From Owenia fusiformis (taxonomy: Eukaryota): a stretch of 64,000 nt of DNA. The stretch lies in NCBI GenBank assembly GCA_903813345.2, contig CAIIXF020000001.1, forward strand, positions 25,234,001 through 25,298,000, given 5' to 3'. This document shows positions 52,332 through 64,000 of this stretch, one piece after another. The notes below the pieces were generated by a model. It had not been told where the DNA came from and searched no databases. It saw nothing but the letters and a program-made list of their open reading frames with translations. Numbering within the stretch: the stretch's first letter is position 1; the number at the start of each line of letters is the position of its first letter. The translations under genes and the position numbers were made by a program.

Positions 52332-54849
52332 TATGTTGATCGTTTTTATATAATTTAGAATTTTGAGAGAAAGTTACGTAGTTTTGAAGTTTATATCTAA
52401 ATGAGAAGTCAATGTTGCTTAAACCAAAAATATCCGAAAAGATGCTATCTTAACCAGATTCAAAAGAATGTTAAGACCGCCTTTTTTCCACATAAGGAAT
52501 GTTAACGAAAGTAACTCTCTTAAAATTTGAACCATACAATAACATACCTAACATGTCAACAATTCAAAATGTTTCACTACCACATTTTCATTCAAGCTGG
52601 CGCTGCTACAGATTACTTTCAGGAACTATATTCACAGTTTTAAACATAGATTTTTTGTCCCCTCCATTTAGCGGAGGGATATAAATGTGTACTGAGGCCT
52701 TAGGGTATTAGAGGTGTCACTACGGTAAATACCACTTCCACTTTTTAAATGTATTTTCTAACGATTGAACGTAGTGAATAAGTTCGAAAATGATTTAATG
52801 CATTAACTGAAGTATTATAACACTTTTTGAATTTGGCGCTAAATGCGATACCGAGGCTCGAATTTGTTTGTTAGGTGTACTGTCGTGTGATTGGTTATGG
52901 TTATGGTTATGGTTTGTTCAGGTAAATTGGTCACTTCGGCTTCTTATGCGGACCAGATAGGTCGTTCACTTAATTTACCAGATATTTTATTTATTTTAAG
53001 ATAAATATTTTTTAATTTAAGAAAAACATTAGAAGGCATTTGTTAAAGACAGTTAATATATTCCAATATTTTACTTTAGAGCTTTGGAGCCTACACCATC
53101 GTCAGTTGTAGGTAGACCTCCTATCTAAATACAATAGATTAGGTACTTCTTACACTTCGTGAGAAGGGTCTCCGCGAAACTGACAAAAGTTCAAAACAAC
53201 TTAGATATGTTATTCATTATCTCATTTTATCAAAGTAATCTTGAAACTTGAAAATTTGAAGTCTTTAAATGTGATGATTACTGTTAATTTTGACAGTTCA
53301 TGTTTGGCTAACAGTTAAGTTACAGGTATAGCCGCTGATATATTTGTTTCACATCATTTAGTAGAAAACGGAGAGATAAACTGTTAAGTTTAGGAAACAG
53401 GTCAACGATTTATTGACTGAAAACATTTATTGCACATATAATAGTGTTCAAATGGCAAAGAAGCTACGTTAATGCTCGGTGCATTGATTAAGGATACTCG
53501 AGTGTTTTGTTAGTGTTTGAGAACGGGTGTTTCTTTGCTTTAATACTTTAAATACGAAGCCATGCCAACTTCAATGGTGTGTGTAGTAGATTTAAGTGTA
53601 TGTACTGTGGCCATTTGAGGTATGTATGTAAAGCTGAGGTCAAGTACGTTCTCCATGTACCATTTTTAGAAAAAAATCGCAAGAATATAGTCCCGTAAAC
53701 TGGAACTACTTTATTCGTTAATTTTCATCAGTGAAGGATGGATTTTACCGAAAAATGGGTCCCCATGTTGGCGTAGTGATATTTAAAAATCGATAGTGTC
53801 ACGATGAAGGTTATGTATAGGGCAACACAGAAATATAGTCATTGTATAGGCTAATTCGTTCGAAAATGGCGATATGTACCCCAGAACTTGAATTTTGCGA
53901 TATTTTTCAATATTTTTCAATCATTTACCGTAGTAACACCTTTGAAAGCAGTGGCCAAACTGCCCTAAGAAAAAAGTATTTTTAAAAAATGAATGAAGTC
54001 CCAACACAATTGTGATCATGACGAGTCAGTAAGCTTGTATGAATTGTAGGTACAGTTGTCATCTATTTGCAATGATAACATGCCATTTCTTCTAAAAAAT
54101 GCGGTTATTTGGGTTCTGAAGGAAAATTTCGAGTCAAGTGGCGTATTAATTTTGGCTTCATTTTTGTGAATTTCAATATCTGTCGGCAGAGATATGTTTG
54201 ACCCCTATTGAGTTTCGTGTCAAAATGTAGCATAGACATTGCTTTTGAACTTCAGATAGGCCAATGGGGTCCCATAAATCCATAACTCGAGATAAAAAAA
54301 ATCAGGTGTTTGCGCTTTTGCCCATTGACTAGTATGGTGACGTGAATAAGGGCTGTTTTGCCAGTGTTGTGCCTATTTGTATTACCTCCAAAACAGAAGA
54401 GCCCAGGCTTGTGAAGTCCGATCTTGAAGGATGGTTCTTAAGATCCCAACCTGATATCGTGTGATATCGTGTGTAATGTGGTGGACGAAAGTGTTTCGAC
54501 ATTTGTCATATTTTATTAAAGGTTCTGTCATGTTAAAACATAGCAAGCCGGTTAAAATACCCCTAACGATTATCTAACGATTAGACAAACAACAAACCAT
54601 GATAATTTTGTTCTTGTTACAAGAATATCATCATAACTTGAGTCGTTATGAAACCCGAAGTAAAATTACATTGCTTCAGCTGCGATTGTGTGCTTTTCAG
54701 TTTATAAGTTTTTAAATCCTTTGCGACGTTTTTATATAAATTATGCAGTGAAACTATAAAACATGAAAAGTTTTTTTTATTTCAAATTGATTCAATTACA
54801 TAATGATAAAGATTTTAACAGGAGACACGTGTTTATGTGTATATACTGA

Positions 54850-55420
54850 GTTTATAATTAAAAATGTATGAATATAAAATAGTACCTTTAATTTATAAGA
54901 AAGAGAGTATGAGCAACTTATTGGGAGCAGGAGCAATGGGGACACCAAACTGATACTAAAGATATTGTACGTATAATGTGTAACATAATGACATCTACTG
55001 AGGATATTAATATGATGAGTTAACAAATAAGGAAGAATAAAAAAAAATGTGTACTATGCCCTAATAATGATTATTTGGAATTTTGCTGATCAGGAAGTTT
55101 TTTAGTCTTGATTTAGAAATACTCAGAGAAGGGCTATTTTTTAGATACAAAGGTAGATTATTCCAAATGATTTGTCCTTGGGTTTTTATTGAAAACAATC
55201 CTATATTCGTTTTAAACGTTTGTGCATGTAGCTCTTTGTTTTGTTTTGTAAAATAATTATGAATTTGGTCATTGCGATAATAATAGTCACCGAAGAGCTG
55301 TTGGTAAATTGTGAGGTTGTTATACCATTCATACACAAATTGACCAATGTTATACTCGAAGATGCTTGCAATTGGGAAAACTTTACTAAGCTATACTGCC
55401 TGAAATTCAAATGTTATATT
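54850..55420 (-). mobile_element. 5-prime-truncated CR1/L2-group LINE remnant
   Basis: Minus-strand peptide HNYFTKQ..LHAQTFKTNIGLFSIKTQGQIIWNNLPLYLKNSPSLSISKSRLKNFLI resembles the C-terminal tail of CR1/L2 ORF2. It is frameshifted upstream. Confidence 0.7.
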
Positions 55421-55573
55421 ACACTGCACAATTTTGAATGATATTGTACAGCGAGCTGCACAAAACAAGAACATTTGGAAAAATACATATATCAAACAAA
55501 TTGAAAATGAACGATAATTCACTGTTCTATATTCATCATTTATCATTTCAGACGATATAACAACCAAAAGAAC

Positions 55574-58500
55574 ATGAAGTTTGGGAATACATTGCTCAGA
55601 CTGAGTGAAAATGACAGCAAGTATGGCCACCAATACATGCAGTATAAACTTCTCAAGATGCACGTTAAGGAGCAAAAAGGGAACAACGACCCACAGAAAG
55701 AAGTGGAGTTTGTCCGCATGCTTGAAAGTGAGCTTCAACGGATCAAGAAGCTTATCTCTGCAAAGTAAAGTTATTTTTGTTAAAGAGTTTTAGATTCTTC
55801 ATATCAGCAAAAAACGGCAGACTGCTAACAATCATGCGTCACAAATGTAAAAAAACATACTGTTGTTCTTTCTACATTTGCACATATCATCAAAACAAGA
55901 GAAAGTTATGTTACGCTTTGTACAATTGTCATCAATGCACGGAAACGTATTATAGATCATCATCCCGATTAAAGTGTAAGAACGCCAAAAAGTAAAACAA
56001 ATACTAAATTATCTACTCTAACGCAAGCAAGGCAACACGTTAAAATTAATTTGCTCAGCATCAGGACCTTTACTTTTATTTTATGTCATGCCAGAGACAC
56101 AGAAAGATACATTTTGGAATATGAACTAAGTGCAGGTAGAATCTGATAGATTAATAGGTTAAAGGGGATTCGTTAATGATTTAAAGCGAAACCCTGTTGA
56201 CGAGAATGTTTGCGTTTCCTTTTTAGAAATATCAAAGAGACAATTCCAAAGCATCGAAAGAAAAAATAAAACAATAAGGTTATATCGCAATGTTATTTAT
56301 TTTATATAAAAATGCCGAAGAAAGTAGGATGTAGGTACTATGTGTATAAAATTTGACGCGAAACAACTAGAGTTTTATAAAGTATATGAATTAATTGACC
56401 AAAGCATGAATTTGAAAATACATACACATAATGGTCCCAAAAACAAGCGAAATGCTTGGCCTGGTAAGTCCTCACACCTCTAACGATTAGTATGTTATTT
56501 TAGGATAGACGAACTAAAGAGTGCAGGACAAGGTTTGCAAATGTCGGTTAAAATGGCGGATATTTCGAACGAAATCCCTGATTTGCAACGTCTGGGGAAC
56601 CAAGCAGATGTCTTAGCGACAGATATGGCTGAAATCGAACGTTTTGTTTTCTACAACAAAGAAGGATTCCGTAAAATTGTGAAGAAGCACGACAAGGTGA
56701 CTGGAACAAGATCGTTTTGGTTCGAAGCCCAGAAGCACGCAGAGTTTTTCTCAGACTTAGCACACGAACTTGAAGGAATTCTTATCCAGCTCAGTGACAT
56801 CTATGAGTATATACGGGAGAAGCAGGGAGGTAACAAGGTGTCAGCAGAGCACAAAGTGTCTCAGGTATGATTGACATAGACCTAATTGCTTATCTTATAC
56901 AATTATATGGACACATCTCGTACGAAATAATGAACCATTACAAACAAACTAGATATAGCTAATATCCATGATAAAAATATATTGAATTTAAAATACATTT
57001 CAGGAAACATTCGAACGTAAGAGTACAAAATATTGGATAGCAATGGAGGATGCATTTCTACTGAAGACAATGCTAGTGAAGCACATGCCATTGTACATCT
57101 TCTCTAGGACAAAGCAAGAAGATAACAAGAGGATGGCAAACAAAAGGACAAGCATCTTACTTCAGGTAGAATTCATTCCAATCAAGTACAATGTTTTAAG
57201 AAGTGCAAGAAACTAGAAAACAGAGTAAGACTCTTCTCTTCTGTCTCTATTTTCAAAAAGTATTTATTGTTAGGAAAGCCCTCGATGTGCATGTAGAGAG
57301 TAAAAATCGGTTCATAGAAAACACTATCTAAGCAAAGGGAAAAGACCAAAAACTGTGAAAAGGCTAGCAAGAAAAGCAAACTCTAATTGTTAACCTGTCA
57401 TTAGAAAAATAGACCATTTTTATCCCAAAAACCATCATGATTTAACGTGAAAAAATAATGTCTAACATTCTCCTTCACCCCTTCAATCAAGAACAAATAT
57501 CAGAATCCAGGACCAAAACACCAAAGGACATTTCATTCATACTGAAGACAGTTGTTGATGAAAGAAATGACGATAATCATAACATCAAAAATAGTTGTAG
57601 ACACTAGTACTCGTAAAAGGAGCATTCGGTCTCAAATGATGTGGGATAGACGAAATCCAGTCTCGAAGCCCATAGACAATTCAAAAGGCCATCATCCGTT
57701 CGCAAAGCCGTCGCCTAATCCATAAAACACTAATAATTCACAATCACACAATAAAATGGTCATCGGGAAAAAATGTAAATGCTTTCGATCCCTATTTCTC
57801 AGCTAATGATATTATAACAAATTTATTTCACATAGGACCATGGTAAGAAGTTTGAAGAATTCAAATTTCTCCAAAAATCAGGCTGGATATCATCGGTCTA
57901 CTTCGACAGTACAGATCTCCACTCATACCACAGGCGAGTGGCCATGAAAGAAGGCGCTACTCTTATCCGTATACGATGGTAAGATTTGTTCAGTATAAAG
58001 ATATCTGACCAAGTTTTCCAAGAAAGAAACATTAAACAAACATAGAAAAAGAGAACAACGCAATGGCATTTTTATCATTCAACACATGTTTCAACAAGAT
58101 GAATCTTACTGTAGAAGTATTATATTTCATCCTGCATCAATAGAACCTGGTCAGTTATTCCGGTGGGAATTTTGAAATAAGGACCGGACCTCTCAATTCT
58201 ACGTTGGTTTAGTACGTGTAACTATGAATCTTGATGAATTGATTTATCTCTCCCTTTTGAAAGTTAATACTATAATCAATATCTAACTATATTAGTAGTT
58301 AAAGTAACCAGTGTTGGATGACTTATTCTACAGAATGAGTAACATATACATATTTCAGCTCTATATGCTCTTTACATATTACTTTTTCCATTTCCGTTGT
58401 TCAAATGCTTTCCAGTGTTTCAGGATAGGTTATGATTGCAGGTATGGTGATCCAGATGAATCAAGCGTTGCTGGCGATATGTACCTTCCACGTCCCCCAG

Positions 58501-61500
58501 CAAAGGGGCTCTTCTGTGAGCGGAAGACCCACCACGAGTGTTGGGTTGCAGAAGACAGTCTCAAAGAAAGATTCCCTATCAAGAAAAATAACATCACAGA
58601 CTTCATAACTGGTGAGTTGTTACTTAAAGTGCATCTTTAAATAGCTTTTGAAAATTGTTTATCAACTTCGAAAATCTTTTTTTTTTGAAAATGTGACTTC
58701 CAAGTTCTGGGAGATTCCCAATAGACCTCATGTTATAAAATTACTAAAAGTTAAGTATTTCTTGGACAGATAATATTTTCTTTTACTGGACATATTTTGA
58801 TTTGCATAACTATTAGATACATATGGGTGATATGAAAATTGAACCGCTAAAAGTGATGAATATTTAATTAACAATAACTGTCTACTATACCTGCCATGCT
58901 ATCTGACCCGAATGAGCCACCTGGTGGTGAAACTGGTAGCTACCTACTCATCTGAGTTATTATGTGTAAATTAATGGGTGATTTAATTGACCATAGTTTA
59001 ATCTTGAATGAAGGGAAAAAACCAGCAGCTGAATGTTGTTTGAGCTCAGGAGATAGTGCAATGTCTTTGGCTGAAGAGATACAGAAAGAGATATTGGATA
59101 ATAAACTTGTACCGATGGTGAGAACTGTCTATAAACGATCAGCATTTCAGCTAGAGGAAACCAATGATGTCCGAATAACGTAAGCATAGATACGGAAAGG
59201 TATAATTTGTAGAATTGCTGTCAACATCTTAATTGTTTATCTTTCTTGTCATTAGCCAGAACTAATCTTTTTTATCTTCTAGAAACGACAACATCAAAAT
59301 AGTTTTCCATCTGTTTTGTCATTTATAGCTTGGATCAAGCCCTATCGTTTGTCAATGAACATCCGAGTGTCAGAGATGATGCCACGTGGCATAGAGATGA
59401 GACAGAGCTTGAGAACAACGAGGACTGGATTAGTTTCCATGCAGCTGTTTTAGAAGTTAAGCTGAAGACTGCTTCCCCAGAATGGTTAGAGGAACTGCTG
59501 AAGTCTCCGATTATTAGAATGGTATGGTCCCTCTTATTAAAATCAATTAAAACCACAAAATGTACGTTGTATTACCAACGGGATGTTATTCACATATTCT
59601 ATTTTTTCTATTATAATCGTATAGGTGAACAAGTTTTCAAAGTTTCAACAAAGTTGTACATCATACAATGCTGATAAAGTGAAGATATGGCCATATTGGT
59701 TCGAAGATGATGAAATAAAAGAAGCAAAGAAAAGAACAAAAAAGGTATAGGAAAACTTCGTATTTCAGAAATTCTCTTTCCAAAATATATAGGATGTTAC
59801 TACATTATGTCATCATATTCTATACTGTCACAGTTTGCCATCGTCATTAAATAATTTGAATTTTTGTTCAATACTTGTCCGAGGCATTGTTGCGGAAGAA
59901 TATAAAATAGCTGAGCATTAGAAACTATTCAGAATTGCACATTTCATTGTTTTAATGCTCAGACTATGTTATTAGATTTCAATGGCAACTCAGATGAACA
60001 GTTTGAAATTTAAAAGGTGTTTGCTTAAAAACTTGAGTATTGTAATCGGTCTTGCTAGCAAATACCTCCTTTGATACTGGTTTACATCAATTAGTAATCT
60101 TTTGTTTTATTTAGATTAGACAAGCAAAGGACGAAGACGAAGGAATAGTCAGGGAGGAAAACAAAGAGCAAACATTAAGAAAGCCAACACCGTCATTTGG
60201 CCTTGAACCCGACTACGCATATGATAATAAGGCTTATGGCGATGATGCACTGGGTGACATAGAGATGGGGATGTTTGAGAAAAAGGCTCCAAGTGTGAAT
60301 GATGTCCCTGGTGGTACGATAGGTAGGCAGACGTTGATCTTAAAAGTAAAAACACATTCCAAAATAAAACAATAAATTCAAATATTACGATCCAAAAACA
60401 TATTCAAAAGGTAATTGCTTGTTGCTATCCATTGAGAAATAGTTTCTTGGGCACATAACAATATACTGCCAAAATCAGATGAAAAGATGAGAAATAACAA
60501 ACTATGAAACTGAAATTTTCACATCAATAGTCTATGATCATGATCCTATTTTGATTTAAAGGTACATTTGTATCAACTGTAAATGATAACCCTCCTGGTA
60601 TAAAAACCATCGATATGACGGAGCACTCATTAAAGAATGGGACAAGTGCGTACAGCAATGGAGGTACAGCCATTACGAAACAGAGAAAACGATTAGCCTC
60701 CGAGAACAAACCAGAAGCCGTATACAATGACAACGATGATAACACCAACTGCTTTGGAAAACCCCAAAAATTCAAGAAGGCTACAAAGCGCTTAAAGATT
60801 GAACCGAAAACATATTTTGCCAACGAAAGAACATTTATGCAATGGAGTACTGCTGCATTGTTTCTGATTGGTATAGGTGGCACTTTGGTTGGAACGCAAA
60901 GTGAGGTTGCAAGAGTTGTAACAATCGTCTTTTTCGCCCTCGCTCTTTTCATGGTGTTGTATGCCTGCGTGGTATTTTATGTAAGTACAACTTCATTTAA
61001 TTTCTTGAAGTTTAACGTTAGGATGAATTCGAAAACTAGTGAATCCTGATGGAATTCCCAATGGTAAGTTTGGACCAAGTTAGAATTACTTGAATCTATT
61101 TCACTGAAGCAAGACATCAGTCTGGCAACGTGTTGTATTATACTCGTATAGTTGACATTGATTAATCAATCATTCCAGGTGCGCATGGTTCTAATCAAAA
61201 GAGGAACATCGGGAAGATTTGATGATTGGTTTGGCCCTGCGCTGTTGACGTGCTTACTCATTACTGGCCTTGGTTTTTCATTCTACGCCTTTCACTATTC
61301 TTGGACCATGCTACGTGAGTGGTGCATTAATTCATATTTAAAACAAACACTGGTTAAATGCTCTCATAATTGAAATGAACACCCTTTCCTAATCTCCTTG
61401 TGGCTGAAAATTGTATAACTATATTCTTAAGAACTGAAATGGAAAGAACTTGAAAATAAATAGATGTTGATCTAAAATATTTCAGCGCTTACCGTCATAC

Positions 61501-62784
61501 CAATTCAGTACTGGGAGTCACCCGTGTGTGTTAAACTTCAATTGAAGAACAATCCGGTGTTCTTCTCTCCGAGTGGATTATCCACCAACGATCCAGAAAG
61601 GCGTTTGGCCTGGACTTGTGCTGACAACAGAATAGCTCAACTAGACCTGGACACTGGAGAGTTCCTGCAGGTTCATACGATTGGAGGTCTGTTCATAATG
61701 ATTTATAATTCTTGTTCGCTGAAGGAATATGCATAGTTTGCATACCTTTCAAATTCGTACAAGTCCGATACTGATATAAATCCCAGGATCAAACAAAATG
61801 CGGTAGATGTGTGGCACGTGTTTCAAGATTGTTATTAATGATAGATTAATTTTCAGATGAGGGTGTGAAAGATTTCGAATGTGTGACATTTGCAAAAGAC
61901 GCAGATGTGATTTGGATTGGTTCTGAGGAACCGGAGAATGAGATAATTGAATACAACATTAAAACGAAGCGGAGACTTCGAACTTTGTCTATGGAACCAG
62001 TATCAGGTCAGACACTGTTTGATTTTACTTTTTTAAAAGAGAGGTTTCTCTACCTCGGATGTACATTAGGATAACTATCATGTACAACATACAATGCATT
62101 ATCTCAAATTATAACGTAGATGATTAAGCATCATTTGTTCTATTCTAGGGAAAAGTACCAAATTAATGGAAGGGCTTGCCTTCATGGACTTTTACTACCC
62201 TCTGCAAGATTTACCCCAAAAGGTGGTTGGTAACGGGACATTCTTTACGCCGAGACCTCAGAGTTTAGGGTCATTTTACATCCCTGTGGGATTCGGAGGT
62301 GTTTCACCAAGATCGAAGATAAAGGTTCCAGCTGACCTAACTACTGAAAAGATTGGTGCCATGACAACTCTTGGTGATACATTATATACAGTGTTCGATA
62401 ACGCTCACGTACTTGTTGGCTATGATATGTTTACAGCGAAAATGGTGAGTATTGGGCGTTCTTTTGTCGTAAAAATATAATGCTTTAAAAACTAAGACTT
62501 TTACTATTTCATCAGATTTAAATATTATAACGTTTTCAAAAAGCTAGAGGTTGAGACAAATGACTTTTACATTTAGTAGTTGTTAACCGCTGCTGTTGGG
62601 AAATCGATACGAGGATCTATTATTGTTTCAGACGCGTTACCAGATTCCAGGCAACGAGAAGAACTGGGAAGGTATTTTGTTCAGGCCACATAGCTCTGGT
62701 ATGTGGGTTTACTTGGCCAAAGACAACCCACCAGAAATATGGAGATTTGACTTCGATACCAACAGTGGTTTCAAAGGATGTTAA
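55574..62784 (+). CDS. VTC4: VTC4-like polyphosphate polymerase (SPX + VTC + DUF202 3-TM + C-terminal beta-propeller-like domain), 15 coding exons, about 1022 aa
   Basis: Exons 55574-55764, 56504-56864, 57004-57165, 57836-57978, 58442-58611, 59014-59179, 59329-59521, 59625-59744, 60115-60322, 60562-60980, 61179-61314, 61486-61686, 61857-62006, 62149-62444 and 62632-62784 (3069 nt, phases match). SPX: MKFG, YMQYKLLK, FYNKEGFRKIVKKHDK. VTC: FERKSTKYW, ISSVYFDS, IRIRWYG, FCERKTH, SLKERF, MVRTVYKRSAFQ, VRITLD, AVLEVKL, KFSKF, WPYW. TM: KIEPKTYFANERTFMQW and FDDWFGP. The exon 6 acceptor and exon 9 donor are somewhat uncertain. Confidence 0.92.
58660..58955 (+). repeat. Dispersed repeat of about 300 bp, copy in VTC4 intron 5
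   Basis: Collinear with 35450-35780. Confidence 0.8.
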
Positions 62785-64000
62785 TTAACATCAAATAACA
62801 CATTTTGGATTGACTTTGAACTTTGAAGTTTTTGCATTTTTATAACGGATACTGTTGAATAGGAAACAGTTCTAGCAATTTTGATAAAGGCTTTATTTGA
62901 ATGGCGATTATGTTGAATAAAATATCGGATGGGGATAAAAAATGGCCGTACTTTGACACTCAATATATCCAAACTCCTACATATACTTCTAAAAATCTGC
63001 ACACTGAAAATGCATCATGTCCTTAATACACAGACTAGATTTCAATTTCATCCATCATGATTTCCGTTCATGGTAGCAAAATCATTTCCTGGTTTCACTT
63101 GAAAAGGTGATCATTTGGTCCTCCATCTTCTCGATAGATGATGTGCAAGTGTTTTCTCCATGAACTGATTGAGCCTTAAGTCTAAGTAAATGTTCACAAC
63201 AGCCTCTTAACAATAATTTCTCGTTTTCGTCTACAATTAAGCGTGGTCATCTGGCTATTGCGTGCATCTGGCTATTTTTGGGCCCCTAGAACCAAATTTT
63301 GAAAAATTAAGGCCCATTTTTTGATAAATTGGCCCAAAAGATCAAATTATACCCAAAAAGGCCCATTTTTGAGGCCCTACAAAATGTTAGGGCCCATAAA
63401 CTAATTTATTCTGGGCCCACTAAAGGGGGAGGCGGTCTCCATGGCCTCCCGGATCCACCACTGAATTCATTAGCAATTTTGCTTATCTTCAACCCTTTTC
63501 ATTGAAACATGTTGCGATCAATTCCTTGTCCGCCACAGAGAAAAATATCTTGATTCAACAAAACCTGTGCTCACCTTGCAGAAATTTCTTTGACACTAAC
63601 TTTTACTAGACATCACTTGACTAACGCGTGTCACATGGGTGTAGTGCATGCTCTACTCATGAAAGCTGGCAGGTGATGGAATGTGAGTAAGTGAACGTGC
63701 GTTTTTGAGGCTTTGATTTCATTTTGACCATGTGTACAGATTAATCAAGCTATGAACTGTGTCAGCACACAACATCATGTCATTTAAATGTCTAAAGTTG
63801 AAAGGGTTTGGATAAAGATTGTAACATCATGAGAGTACGGTCAATTTTGCCATCCCCACCTGATGTAGTTTAAGAAAGGAGGAATTACGAAGACAGTGGG
63901 GGACATTGATACTATAATATTTTAGTAATTATGACAATTTTCTTCAATTAAAATAAGATACTATTATAAAATGGATTTGTCCTATATTTATATTTCACCA

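Noticed and set aside
55574-56864. XPR1/SYG1 phosphate exporter
   Set aside because: SPX is followed by VTC and DUF202 motifs, not an EXS domain.
60524-60952. 142-aa minus-strand ORF
   Set aside because: Antisense shadow of VTC4 exon 10.

Overview
AT-rich, intron-containing eukaryotic DNA whose repeat content (IS3EU-type, Academ-like, Tc1/mariner, Harbinger-like, Helentron-derived HINE-like and CR1/L2 elements) suggests an invertebrate animal; the host cannot be proven from the window. Two things stand out. (1) A complete 23.4-kb cut-and-paste transposon (16766-40142) with TAC...GTA ends, 22-bp perfect terminal inverted repeats (TIRs) inside about 570-bp imperfect arms, and a perfect 6-bp target-site duplication (TSD, GTAAAG). 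It carries two convergent spliced genes with open frames: a 390-aa IS3EU-type DDE transposase (2 exons) and a 592-aa zinc-ribbon + HECT E3 ubiquitin ligase (11 coding exons) whose HECT domain appears to lack the E2-binding subdomain. (2) A 15-exon, about 1022-aa gene (55574-62784) for a VTC4-type polyphosphate polymerase (SPX + VTC + 3-TM DUF202) with all recognisable catalytic motifs and an extra C-terminal beta-propeller-like domain. VTC is a fungal/protist/algal system not normally found in animals. The rest is non-coding DNA rich in MITEs and decayed transposons, several of them nested. All gene models were assembled by hand from GT-AG sites and frame continuity and have no transcript support.
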